From NCBI GenBank assembly GCA_049724395.1, contig JAUGWO010000082.1:248001-301349 (forward strand): 53,349 nucleotides of DNA, read 5' to 3'. The DNA comes from Spongospora subterranea f. sp. subterranea. Its lineage: Eukaryota. The position numbers were made by a program, and so were the translations under genes. This document shows, piece by piece, positions 37,213-50,502 of this stretch. The notes under the pieces are model-generated. The model saw only the letters and a list, made by a program, of their open reading frames with translations. It had not been told where the DNA came from and did not search any database. How positions within the stretch are numbered: the stretch's first letter is position 1; every line of letters begins with the position of its first letter.

Positions 37213-37491
37213 TATTGATCTTTGATGTGAGCCATCCCCAAGTTCTGTATGGTGGCTTTGGTTTGGTAGATCTTGTTGAGCATTTGTGGAACCTCTCGGG
37301 AATGGCCTTTACATTCGAATACGCAACATCGTCAATAGTGGATAGTAATGCAGCGGTTGTATCACCACCGACAGGCCAAATCAGCTTGTACAGATTCCCG
37401 AGAGGTTCCACAGATGCTCAACAAGATCTACCAAACCAAAGCCATATGGCTTACAGAACTTGGTGACTATGGCCCACATCAAAGATCAATA
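37213..37491. repeat. Inverted repeat with ~90-bp arms (37213-37303 / 37394-37491)
   Basis: The 51-nt core tggctttggtttggtagatcttgttgagcatttgtggaacctctcgggaat pairs with 37394-37444 with one mismatch; the outer arms are degenerate. Confidence 0.9.
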
Positions 37492-37559
37492 ATCTTCGCT
37501 GAGGGTATATCAAGACGCATCGAAAGATGTTTGGGCCATTTATCTACACAGATTTTACC

Positions 37560-37910
37560 TGAAAACTTGGGGAAATCTGGTGACCGACAGCGCCATGAAC
37601 TGGCTAGCATGGTTTAGCGGCAGGTTCGGCGATGATCGAGAAGGAAGCCTCTCAAACTTTGGGGGGTGTCACCGTTTCCAACCGTTCCTGATCGGGAAAC
37701 AATTCCACCGCTTTACAGATCATCGACGTACAACCCATGGGCACTCGGGATGGTGGAAATCGTGAAACCGGCACATTCTCGAGTCGCTGAAGAAGCAACG
37801 ATCAGAACGTAGTCTCGCTTTCGACGTCCATCGGCCTTTCATCCCCAGTCGCTAATATGACGTTAAAACAACGCATTCGGCCACGAGTCGGTTATGCTTT
37901 GGCAAGATCA
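37560..37910 (+). mobile_element. Degenerate Ty3/gypsy RNase H-like relic
   Basis: VTDSA...DREG...CHRFQPFLIGKQFHRFTDHR resembles the gypsy RNase H motifs TDAS / ERE / FRxYLxGxxFxxxTDH. Confidence 0.6.
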
Positions 37911-38439
37911 TGACTGGACTAGATCCCGCTACATCATTTGTCCACGATGTTCGTACCGGCCTTGGATTCAGTAAGCGATATTTTATTAACGCCTGATCGT
38001 ATTCAATCACGTACGGCTAAACTCGCATAATCTATGCCAAGTTGTATGGCCATCTCACGATGGCAACTATCAGAGCCGCGCTTCTCTTGTTAGAGCATCA
38101 ATTGCAGGATACCTGTTTGGCATTGTTCGCCAAAACCGCCCGTGTTTTCCTACAGATTTCACGTCCTCTTCTTGATTTTCATAAACCCTTTCGGCATTCG
38201 ACAATCGATCAGATATTCCCCACAATATATATATCCGCTGACCGCCCAAATGGTGCTACCACTACAAAATTCGAACAGTCATCACTGAGCAGCATGAACG
38301 CAACTTATCCGGCGTATCGCCAGTTGCAGCGTGTCGCCATATTGTTGGGTATATGGTAACATCCCTTAATGCACTGGTCCCACGGAGTCCGTGTCGCATC
38401 TTCACAGGGTTTTCCTTGATTGTGACAGATTCCGTCGCT

Positions 38440-38838
38440 ATGGTGTTCAACAAGTTCGTGGAAGTCGGGCGCGTTGTCTTCATCAACTATGGTCCGGACT
38501 ACGGCAAGCTCGGCGTCGTTATCGATGTTATCGACCAGAACCGCGCTTTGATTGATGGCCCATCAATCAGCCGTCAGCAGCTCGTGTTTAAGCGCATGAG
38601 CCTGACGCCCTTGAAGATGGCAATCTCTCGTTGCCCCCGCCAGGGAACCCTATACAAGGCCTGGGAGAAGGAGGACGTGTCCGGAAAGTGGAACAACACT
38701 TCCTTCGCCAAGAAGATCGTCAAGCAGGCGTCCCGGGCGAACCTGACCGACTTAGGCCGGTTCGAGGTTATGTTGGCCCGCAAGCAGAAGAGCTACCAGG
38801 TCAAGAAGGAATTGGCAAAACTTAAGAAGTCTCAGTAA
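38440..38838 (+). CDS. RPL14: 60S ribosomal protein L14 (eL14), intronless
   Basis: MVFNKFVEVGRVVFINYGPDYGKLGVVIDVIDQNRALIDGP...RANLTDLGRFEVM. Confidence 0.96.
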   Translation: MVFNKFVEVGRVVFINYGPDYGKLGVVIDVIDQNRALIDGPSISRQQLVFKRMSLTPLKMAISRCPRQGTLYKAWEKEDVSGKWNNTSFAKKIVKQASRANLTDLGRFEVMLARKQKSYQVKKELAKLKKSQ

Positions 38839-39024
38839 ATCTCAGACAAATATGCATTTATCTCCTAACTCTCGGTTTCCGTTTCGAATCGCTATTCGAT
38901 ATGTTTACATATCTTATGGGTTTATCGATCGTGTGCACAATTTGTTTTGATTGCATTGCCAAATGCGAAGACCGCATCAAAAAAAATTTGTTTCGTTTTC
39001 AACGATTATGATTTTATTGAGGAC

Positions 39025-40877
<1,853 letters not shown>

Positions 40878-41499
40878 ATATCGCTAACCCCGGGCCTCAA
40901 ATCGGATCAGATAATATATTATTGGGAGGGCGCCGACCGATTTCCGATGATGGGGCGGTCGATGGTAGAACGGCGACCCTATTATGGGTTTGATTTAAGG
41001 CCACGGACTACCTAATAATCGGGGGAAAGGGGGACCAAGAGGAACGGCAACTGAGGAATTTGAAAAGAACCAGCACCTCTGTGGACCGCCTCCCTCAATA
41101 GAATTACCCGAAGTGCTGCAAATCGATTCGCCATTCAGGATCACGATAGCTTATTCTGTGTCCGGCGACGGGCGTTTTATCGAACAAAAACAGACCCCGG
41201 ATTTCTCGATCTATCAAGCTTGAATCTGTAGCTGATGTGAATCCGGTGAATCGGTGATGAACATCTCGGTTCGACCCCCTAGAATCGATCACGGCGCGTT
41301 GAATTTTGCAACGATGATCGGGTTTATGGCGCATCGGGCCCGGCCTCGTTCCATGTCGAAGAACCGTGAACTGCAGCCCTGTTCCGTGATTGATATGTAC
41401 ACTCGGCAGTAATGTGCAACGTTTCAAGAGGTGGACCGTAATCGTCAAACGAATCACACTTATATTGAACGAATTGTGTTAAGATCAACTCCCTGGGCC

Positions 41500-44305
41500 A
41501 TGAACCAGGATGTACCGGTGACGCGAGATCAAATGCAGGCCGTCCTGCAGGCCTGGACTGGTACAGATATTTTTGATGATGGGATTTTCCGGGCGGCTGA
41601 GTGTCTGACCTCTGCTCGTTTTCAGAAATCGGGCTTGACGCCTTCCGAACGGTTATTGATCGTCAGGCTCTGGCTATGGCTACTGCGGACGAAAGAAGCC
41701 AGAAATCTCGACAGCAGCTTTCATTGCTTGTGAAAGCAGTTAAACAACAGTCGCAAAAACCAGACCAAGACCTTTCAGTCACGAACGTATTTTGACACAA
41801 TCCACAACCAACGGCCTCTTTTGAGCTCATGTTTTTTATTAGAAAGCATTGGTCGATACGATTAAATCTTTTCAAAAAGAAGTAGACGAATTAACCAAAC
41901 GTGGAACGTATGCCGAATCGTGCTTCAAACAGGTACATCGTTTGCTCGAACGTTAGCGTTCAACTAATTTTGATTAGGTGTATTCGGTCCTCTATCCGGC
42001 ACCCGATCCTGTCAACACTCTTCGTTCTGCTTTGCTCTTAGAACAGGAACAGGTAGGTCGCTTCCATAAACCATCTGTTCAAGATTGTTAATGAGGCGTA
42101 GAACACGGTTGCTTTGCTTCGAAAGCAAATTGCGGAGTATGATGCCGAGTTTGACAAGTTCAAGAACCAACAGGTATCCTCAATTGAAGATTTATTGGAA
42201 TTCGTTGAATTGATGAACTGTAGACGACGATTAGGAAGCTTGAAGATCGAGTTAGGGAACTCGATCAGAGAGGGTCCATGCATGCAGGTTTTTGTTTTGT
42301 CACCTGTTTTCAAGTTGTCTAATAGTACTATTTCATAGCTAGCACTGTTGAAATTCAGTCAAGGCAGTTTGAAATGGAGCGATCTCAGATGATCAAGGAT
42401 TCTAAGATGAGGGAACAGGAACTACAGCAAGAAGTGAGACGACAGCGATTCAGTCTCTCGTGCTTGTGTGACCCTTCTTAGATCCAGCGGTGTCGAGATC
42501 TTCTGTCGAAGACACAACATCAGGTAGACGAATTGCAATCAAGACTCTTTTCTATACATGACCGCAAGGGTAATCGTTCACAGCATTGTGATTTTTTTCA
42601 AACGGCATTTTCAGATCAAGATAGCGCCGCTCGAGATAACGATTTCAACAGAATTTTCGAGGAACTGCAGACTGCAAACAACCTGTTGACTGTAGCCAAA
42701 AATGAGAATGTCAGTTTCGTTCTACTGTTGAGGTACACTTTTTCATTGGAAATTTAGGCTGATTTGCAAGCATCGCTTCTACGAGCTAGCGATATTTCGA
42801 CGAATGAAGTTGTCATTGAAAGCAAGCGACAAGCCCAGTTAGCGCAGCAGAGGATGGGTTAGTCATTCTGCACAATATAGAGTATTTCATCCCTCACCAC
42901 CGCCATTAGCCATGATTCAGCACGATTATTCGGCGGCTTTAGAGGAAATTGAAACTCTGCGAATGAGACTGAACCAGGATGAATCGAGCAGGTCTTCGAT
43001 TGCCCGACGGTATGAGATTCAAATTCAAGAACTCGAATCAACGATTCAAGCACTTCGGGTTCGGTTGTGTTTTTTTTGGTTCAATCGCAAATCAACTGTT
43101 GACGTCAGGATTCTGTGAAGGCGCTGCCCTCAATGGATGAATACACGTCACTAAAGAATCAGCTAAAGCTTTTGCAGGTATTTGGTTGATGACAACTCCT
43201 TCGTCAATTTACCGTTTTACGATAGATGGTACAGTTCAATGCTGTTGAAGACGGCGAAGCTGTTACGGAACTGGAAAAGAATCTTTTGGAGAAGTGCCGC
43301 AAAGCAGAATCCGACATGGTCAGGTCAGTAGTATCATGGAAGAGGACGAAACGCATGCGACTGTTCAAAGTTGTCTTGCTGCAGAATGCGATGTGAGGAT
43401 CTTGCACTTTCCGAGAAGTTACGTGAAACTGAACAAGCTCTGAGAGAAGCTAATGAAAAGGTCAGTTCGTTTTGTGATATATTCTCTTCTTGACATTGAC
43501 ATGATAGAATTCCCTTGCTGCGTCCATGATCGAAAAGCTTGAGCGCAATGTTAGTGATAGCACTAGGAGAACCAGTAGTAAGTGGATCGCTGTTTCGACT
43601 TTCATAATTGCCTATCGATCCTTCTGTAGCATTGGAAGCATCTCTGTCGCCTACTGGAAATATCTCATCCTCACATGACCAAGCGCTGATTATTCAACGC
43701 GATCATTTCAAGAGAATGTCTCAGGTTGGGCCAATGGTTGCCCCGTTTTGTATTAGTAACTGGAGATTAGAGTCTAGAATTAGAGAAGGCTTCTATTGAA
43801 AACAAAAACCAATCCCTTTTTTCACAATTAGCAACGCTACAAAGCGACAACGAGAAGCTTTGTCAGAAACTCCGAGCCATTCAGACCTATAACAGAAAGT
43901 CATCCCCGACCAATGGTATGACTTATGGTTCCTCGCGATCACTTTGCCAAATTCCATGAACAGATATTGAAGCGGGGTTAGTTGTATCAAAATATGAAAA
44001 GATTTTGGACGAGAAGCAAAATCCTTTTACGCAATACAATCATGCTCAAAAGCAGCGAAGGTCAAATATCTTCTTATTTTTTGCCGGTACTGATTGACAT
44101 TCGTTGTACAAATAGTTATGCACACTTGAACGTTATGGAGAAGGTGATCTTGAATAGCGCTCGGATGTGTCTAGGAAACAAGACATTGCGTACCGGGACG
44201 TTTTTCTACATTCTAGCGCTGCACGCATTGGTGTTCGTATCGTTGATCACACATACATTCCTATCGCATTGCCCGAAAACATCTATGTCATCATTCACTG
44301 CTTGA
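41500..44305 (+). CDS. CASP: Golgin CASP (CUX1 CASP isoform / yeast Coy1 family), many short exons
   Basis: N-terminal IKSFQKEVDELTKRGTYAESCF-VYSVLYPAPDP; long coiled-coil exons; C-terminal NPF..LNVMEK..RTGTFFYILALHALVF, with the CASP-typical Tyr and His in the tail anchor. Confidence 0.88.
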
Positions 44306-44396
44306 TTAACTAACAGATCGGCGAATATTAATATTACACATATATCTGTACAGCCAACAGAGGTCGTCAGTTCGAATATCTTGTAGAGTTCGTGAT

Positions 44397-45521
44397 TCAG
44401 AATTTGGTATTCAATATGTTATTATGGATGGAAAAAGTGCTGCATACAGGAAGGTGATCACTTGGCCAAAAAGCGTTTGGCGGTGGATCGCGTATGAGCT
44501 GCTGGAGCTCGTCATCAGACACTGGAGAAAGCGCGGCGTTCGGGCGAAGTGACGATACCGAATAGAAAATGAAATCCAGTTTGTGGTGATACCCGGGTGT
44601 AAAATAGGTCGGTGTTGTCGATCCCGTTCCAAGCTGGTTCATCCACTTGTCCACATCGTCCAGCATGAACGGATGCGCATCTGGGTTTCGTGCGGAAATT
44701 AAATTGATCAGATTGGATCCGATGCCGTCGTTCAAGTCGCCGCAAATGATCAATGACGAATCGGTTGGATTGGATCCAGCCTCGATCATGTGCGCTTCCA
44801 GACGATGTAAAGCACTTCCCACCTGTTGTAATCGGATTTGTTCATCATCGGGTTTCGCCTGCAAATGCAGGTTACCGATGTAGATCGTGGTGGAACTTGG
44901 CAGCCATTTCAACGCCACAAGCAGCGCTCTCGATCTCGATTGCTGCCATTCCAGTTGGAACTCGGAGGCCCTGAACAGGATCACATTGATGAATCGAGGC
45001 GGATGCGAATGGGAACTCTTTTTCGGACGTTGCGCTACGACCTCGTAATCGTCCTTGCTGAACAAGGTGTTGATATCGGTTATGGATTCATCAGCTAAAT
45101 CCACTTCTTGAAGGCAAATTATCGACGGTTTCAGATTCTGCAGAATCTCTTTCAACCGACGAAATCGGTGCTGCCATTGAAGATATATCGGCTCGCGAAC
45201 ATGGGCAAATCGATCATGAACGTGTTCGTCGGCGCAGCTCTGACACAGGATATTGAACGACAATACGGAGAAGGAGCGGGCCGGGTCCGAATCGAGTCGA
45301 TGATGGATATCGAACCGGTACGGCCCCGACATACGCTCCCGATGGCGAAGCCGACTGGATTTGCGGATCAGATCCCTAACCGGACCATATTCATCGCGCA
45401 ATGATCCATTGAATTGGGGCAACGGAGCCGTCGTGTCGTTCGATTCTAAAAATATCCCGGTAGATATTGGCCTATCCCATGGCGAATATCTGTTATTGGA
45501 CACACCAGCCAAACTGTCCAA
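44397..45521 (-). CDS. EEP-family nuclease/phosphatase (CCR4/nocturnin/Angel/PDE12-like); start uncertain
   Basis: SFNIL, IICLQEVD, GNLHL, CGDLN, KLDFIFYS and PSDHLP catalytic motifs. Confidence 0.9.
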   Translation of the reverse strand: MDSLAGVSNNRYSPWDRPISTGIFLESNDTTAPLPQFNGSLRDEYGPVRDLIRKSSRLRHRERMSGPYRFDIHHRLDSDPARSFSVLSFNILCQSCADEHVHDRFAHVREPIYLQWQHRFRRLKEILQNLKPSIICLQEVDLADESITDINTLFSKDDYEVVAQRPKKSSHSHPPRFINVILFRASEFQLEWQQSRSRALLVALKWLPSSTTIYIGNLHLQAKPDDEQIRLQQVGSALHRLEAHMIEAGSNPTDSSLIICGDLNDGIGSNLINLISARNPDAHPFMLDDVDKWMNQLGTGSTTPTYFTPGYHHKLDFIFYSVSSLRPNAALSPVSDDELQQLIRDPPPNAFWPSDHLPVCSTFSIHNNILNTKF

Positions 45522-46428
45522 TAATTAAGTGGGATCTGCAGTTCATGAGCAAATATTTGTTCGCCACATTACGGATTGAATTTATAGGATTCGATTTGGA
45601 CTGACGTTAAGGGTAAACAATGTATAATCGAATTGTTTCTACCGCGACTTTATTGGCTGCTACATATCCTCAAACTTTCAGGTTTGAGTTCCCGGTTTTC
45701 ATTGTGGTGGGTTGCAAAGTTCTCGGATGCTGGTAAAAACTAGATCATACTGTACTCAAAACCTTCGTTGATAGCTAATAAAGTAGAAACCATAAGACTC
45801 ATTATACCGCGAAATAAGCGTTGAACCCTGGAATATTTGTCGAAAGAGCTACACTAGATTGTGATTATCAAGCGGAAGCAGTACAAAGCAGTGACGATGA
45901 TGGTGATTGTGGAGATGCGGCAAATTGAGAACTGGGGCGATGCCAATGACGGGCCTCAAAAAACTGGTTGAAAACAATATTGAGGACAGGCCATGAAATT
46001 TCTTGGAAGCTTCTTCTCTCCCCAGTGTTTGCTCGTACACAGTCTCTTCTTCTTGCATGATGACGGCTTCGCTGGTTTGCATCATGCTGTTGAACTATTA
46101 TTACTAAAGAATTCTTTGTGACAACTTGCTGTGTGAGTTGAGTTCAAACTTCTATCATTTCGGTCAATCAATCAATTCTGTATTCTTCTTCCTTTCTTCC
46201 GGCAGACCTCTCTCGCAGGTCCCGCAGTCCGTGACGCATTTCTTCCAGTGACGCGGCCTTCGCTTCAGTCATGGTCCTGCCGTCTTACTGGCGGTCACGC
46301 AGGAACTGCCGTCTTCTTTGTACAGTAGTTATTGACTTCTGCAGGGAATATATGTACACCCACGGTTGGCCACGCAGATACTACCGTACAGTACTGTGTT
46401 GCTTACGTTATCATGACACATCAACGTA

Positions 46429-46851
46429 CCGTAGATGACAATATTATCCATCCGCTGACAAAATTAGCAAAACTCCGTGGAAATGACAAAATTAGAGCCA
46501 TTTTCTATAGATTTGGTGACAGAATTATCCATCTGAGGGCCCTTGCAATGACAAAATTCAAGAATTTATCCATTTGGCGGCCTCACAGTGAGGAAAAAGT
46601 CGAGCGGCGCAACCCTCTTTTTTGATGTTCGGATGCTATGTTTTGCTTCAACAAAGCGCAGCGCGTGAAAAAGTGCGATGAGCAAAAACGGAGACTTTTC
46701 AGGTGGCATGACAAAATTACTCAATTTTTCAGATTGTTTATGACAAATTTTTTTCCATTTTTACCGCACGAAAAAAAATAAATATATGCCGTGACATTAT
46801 TAGCATCCATTTACGGACCTAAATGTGGATGGATAATATTGTCATCTACGG
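46429..46851. mobile_element. Complete non-autonomous Tc1/mariner-superfamily MITE, 423 bp
   Basis: Perfect 25-bp TIRs CCGTAGATGACAATATTATCCATCC (46429-46453 and 46827-46851), TA on both sides, internal repeats of tgacaaaatt. Confidence 0.92.
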
Positions 46852-46855
46852 TATA

Positions 46856-49290
46856 CAGTCCGTGGACAAGTTATAAGAGAGATTTTATTAAAAACTAATA
46901 TTGAGTTGTCGTTGCCCGCGTCGATTTTTTTACAAAATGTCATCCTGCCCTGTCTGCAGCGAGCCGTTAACCGGATCCGGTTCTCATCGGTATTAAAAGT
47001 TTTCGTTCGATTGCGTTTTCATCACTGAAGCTTTTGAGTTTAGTTGTCCAGAATGTAATCGCGCCGTCCATCGATTCTGCGGGGCTCCCTATGGGAAGGA
47101 CGAAGAGGGGTATGGTCAGCGAGTTTGGTGTTCCAAGACAGAGAAATGCCAGCAAGCTCTCGCTTGTAATATTCCTACGCGCACTTTGAAGGTGTTGCAT
47201 AAGGGAAAATTGTCACCTGTCAAACGCGCTCGTATTCTGGAAATTAGCCGATTGAATCCTAAGATGTCGCAAGCTAAAGTGGCTGAGATAGCGAAAAGAG
47301 AATTTAACATGGACCAACTCTCGCATGCTACTATCAGCAATGTACTGAAGGAAGCGAAAGTTGTTACTGCTACCTTTGGAAATTTAACAGTGGCCCAATG
47401 CCTAGAGATTCGCAAGAAATCATTGGAGAATCCCAAGATGACCCAGAAGGAGATCGCGGAATGGCCTGAACTTGAGTTTAGAGCGCAGAAAGCTCTAAGT
47501 CAGCCCGCCATATCCAATATTTTTAACAACAGGAGGCAAATTTCGATCGACGTTCTTGAATCGGAATTGAAACTAAAAAAGCCTCGGATGATTAGATTTC
47601 CTGTTTTGGACGATGCTTTGGCATCGTGGGTCATTGGTTGTCAAGAACGTGGTATAGCACTGAGCTGGAAGATTCTGCAAAAAAAGGCGCACCTTTTTGC
47701 CGACGAGTTTGCAATTCCTGAGAACGACCGTCCTACGTTTTCTGACGGATGTGTTCAGAAATTCCTTCTTCACCGGAACTTCAAGTCAATGAAACCTGCA
47801 GGATAGAGGGGCTCTGCCGATATGGAAGCAGTAAGTGCTGAGTTGCCAATCTTGCAGCAATTAATAGCGCGCTATTCACCGGCTGATGTCGATAATATGG
47901 ACGAAACCGGGCTTTTCTTTTCAATGGCACCTGATCGCACGATTGCTTCACGACAAATGGGCGGAATGAAGAAAGACAAGACTCGACTGACGGTTGCCTT
48001 GTGCGATAACAGTAACGGAACTGACAAAAGAGCCTTACTGGCATAAGGCGTTGACTGGATAAGTGATATCCGGCCTTGTACGTGTTGCGATGAAATTCAA
48101 TGAGCCAACTAACTACGCATGGAACAAAAAGGCTTGGATGACCAGCCTGCTATTCCAACAATGGCTTGAAAAGTTCGATTTGGATATGCGCAAACACCAG
48201 CGCCAAGTCCTGCTACTACTGGACAATGCGCCAACTCATGCTGTTCGCTCACTGGATTTGACCAACGTTTCGGTTATGTTTCTCCCTCCAAATACTCCAG
48301 CCGATGGATGCCGGCAACTCGGTCGTTTCAACTGGGATTGGCTCTAGATCGCGACAAAATCTAAGCTAAGGATACCTATAAGGTTGACATCCTGCAAGCC
48401 ATGTCCTGGTGTAGAGATGCGTGGGAATGATAACATCGATTTCCATAACAAATTGCTGGTCTCACACTGGCCTTTTGGATTCTGTTGACCCTCAAAACGA
48501 CGATTTCTTCGACAGCGATATCTTTGACGAATTTGATGCTATAGTCGCTAATCAAATCGGTGAGCTGTCAACAAAACCAGTGGGTTTTCAGGAATATATC
48601 GCTCAGGACGATGATTTTGAAGTTCACCAAGAATTTATTGAAGACGATATTTTAAGAACATATCGTGAAGATTCGGAGCCTGATGTTGAACTTGAAGCGC
48701 CTGAGAGCTGTAGCGAAATCACATTGGAGCAAAAAAACAGTGCTTTGCAGATGTGCATCGAAATACTCTGTAGAAAATCACTGGAAAACTGTGAAATAAT
48801 CAAGCAACTACGTTCTCTTTTGTACAAATTCTGTAGAGAGCAACGCGAGCAATTACTTGCGAGCTTGAAACAACAAGGTATCAGATCGTATCTTTCATTA
48901 GAGAGAAATGATTTGTTTGTATGCGCTCATGGCGAGCACCTTTATGAAACGCTGAGTGAGTTCCTGGCACATCTGGTCGTCAGAAACTTGGGCGCGATAG
49001 CTATCGCGTGCAGACAGCATATAAAAAAGTCATTTCTCGTTTATAAAAGATACGATCTGATATCTTGTTGTTTCAAGCTCGCGTTGCTCTCTGCAGAATT
49101 TGTACAATAGAGAACGGGGTTGCTTGATGTTTGTATGCTCTCTTATAACCTATTTTTCGAAAAAACGTATAAGTTATTAGTTATTAGAGAATATAAGTTA
49201 TAAACCATAGAACCGATTCGGTGGACGCGATTTTCATAAGTTATAAGAGATTATTAGTAATAAGTTTCTAAGTAATAAGAGAGTCTACTG
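46856..49290 (+). mobile_element. pogo/Tigger-like DNA transposon with a disrupted CENP-B/DDE_1 transposase (~47186-48900)
   Basis: HTH repeats (NPKMSQAKVAE, NPKMTQKEIAEW), FPVLDDALASW, NMDETGLF, KKDKTRLTV, NKKAWMT, LLLLDNAPTH, FLPPNT, with in-frame stops and frameshifts. The right end is ...aagagagtctactg-TA; the left end TA-CAGT appears truncated. Confidence 0.9.
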
Positions 49291-49649
49291 TATTGATTCA
49301 AAGAACTCTTTATTACCTAATGTCTCTCGCTGCTCGAATCTTTCGTTTCATAATCTTGTCCATTTTGTTAATCGGTCCGATTCGAAAGTTTTAGGACTTG
49401 GGATCAAATTCTGTGCGCAATAGCTGTCGACAATATCTGAATTAACAAAAATGGTTTCTCCTTGAGGCACCGGATACACACGGAAATTCGACGTTAATTT
49501 TTCAAAAATATAGGATGTCCATCTTGATCGACACCTGCAATCTGACGACTATGCGCTGTCTATTGCATCAGATAAAATGACTCAGGATGCTTGAGTAATG
49601 TCGGAGATACCCAACGATTTTCAATTTCAACATAATTTGGGATTATTCC

Positions 49650-50075
49650 TCAAAACTTGTACACCGGCACTTGAAGTTGACAACTGGACCGAAGGCGTCG
49701 CCCATCGATAACGGGGAGTTGGATTGGTTCACTGAGTGATTTTGATGGAATTTGATTTGCATGGGCGAACTTCCGATCGGTGAACAATGAGGTAGCGCCA
49801 CAGTTATTAATGGGAACGGAATGTGAGTAGGTGACAGAACATGGCGCACAGGAACATTGATGTTGTCGTGTTATTGAACAGAGCAGTAGATGTGGACTGA
49901 TTAGTGATCGAGAGATAGGGATAACCTTGCTAGCGGTGTAGAATATTTGAAGCATTGCTGGATCATCGTGGTAAATTACGAGCTGAACCGTGTGTCCCGG
50001 TTCGCCGCAGTAGAGACAGAGCCCTGCAAGACGACGACGAGTCGTTTCCTCCGAAGTAAGAGCAGGACGTGAGGT
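49650..50075 (-). mobile_element. Ty3/gypsy gag zinc knuckle + aspartic protease relic
   Basis: LTSEETTRRRLAGLCLYCGEPGH (CCHC knuckle region) and INNCGATSLFTDRKFA..IP..LSEPIQL..IDGR (degenerate DSGA protease). Confidence 0.8.
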
Positions 50076-50502
50076 ATGGAGTGAAGCGATTATTCTGTAG
50101 ACGAGTAGAACCGCGTTAGTCACCATCGGAACCCGTTCCCAACACCAAAATTGAAGGGCGCTCTTAAACAAAACAAGATGATACGAGATAACTACTGTAT
50201 CCGCCATTATTCGCTCTCAAAAAACAGTTTGCACCAAACATGGCATTTGCAGTGTCCCTCTTTCCTACGACATTGGCTTCGATAAGCAGCCAAAACGTGA
50301 TGCAGCATGTAGTAGAACAACGGACATACCAAATACAGAACTAGATCACAGCAGGAAAGTTGAATAGGTGGGAGAGGATAATCGGGTAATTTTTACCCTG
50401 GTGTATAACACATGGAACTGTCCCCGTTCTCATCTTTGACTCTGAAATCATCCTTGAACGATGGCGAACCGCGCTACTATTGCGCCACATCCCATTCCTC
50501 CA

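Noticed and set aside
41255..41290. GGTTCGA T-loop-like motif (also near 13826 and 50965)
   Set aside because: The flanks do not fold into a tRNA cloverleaf; no tRNA or rRNA genes are supported in this window.
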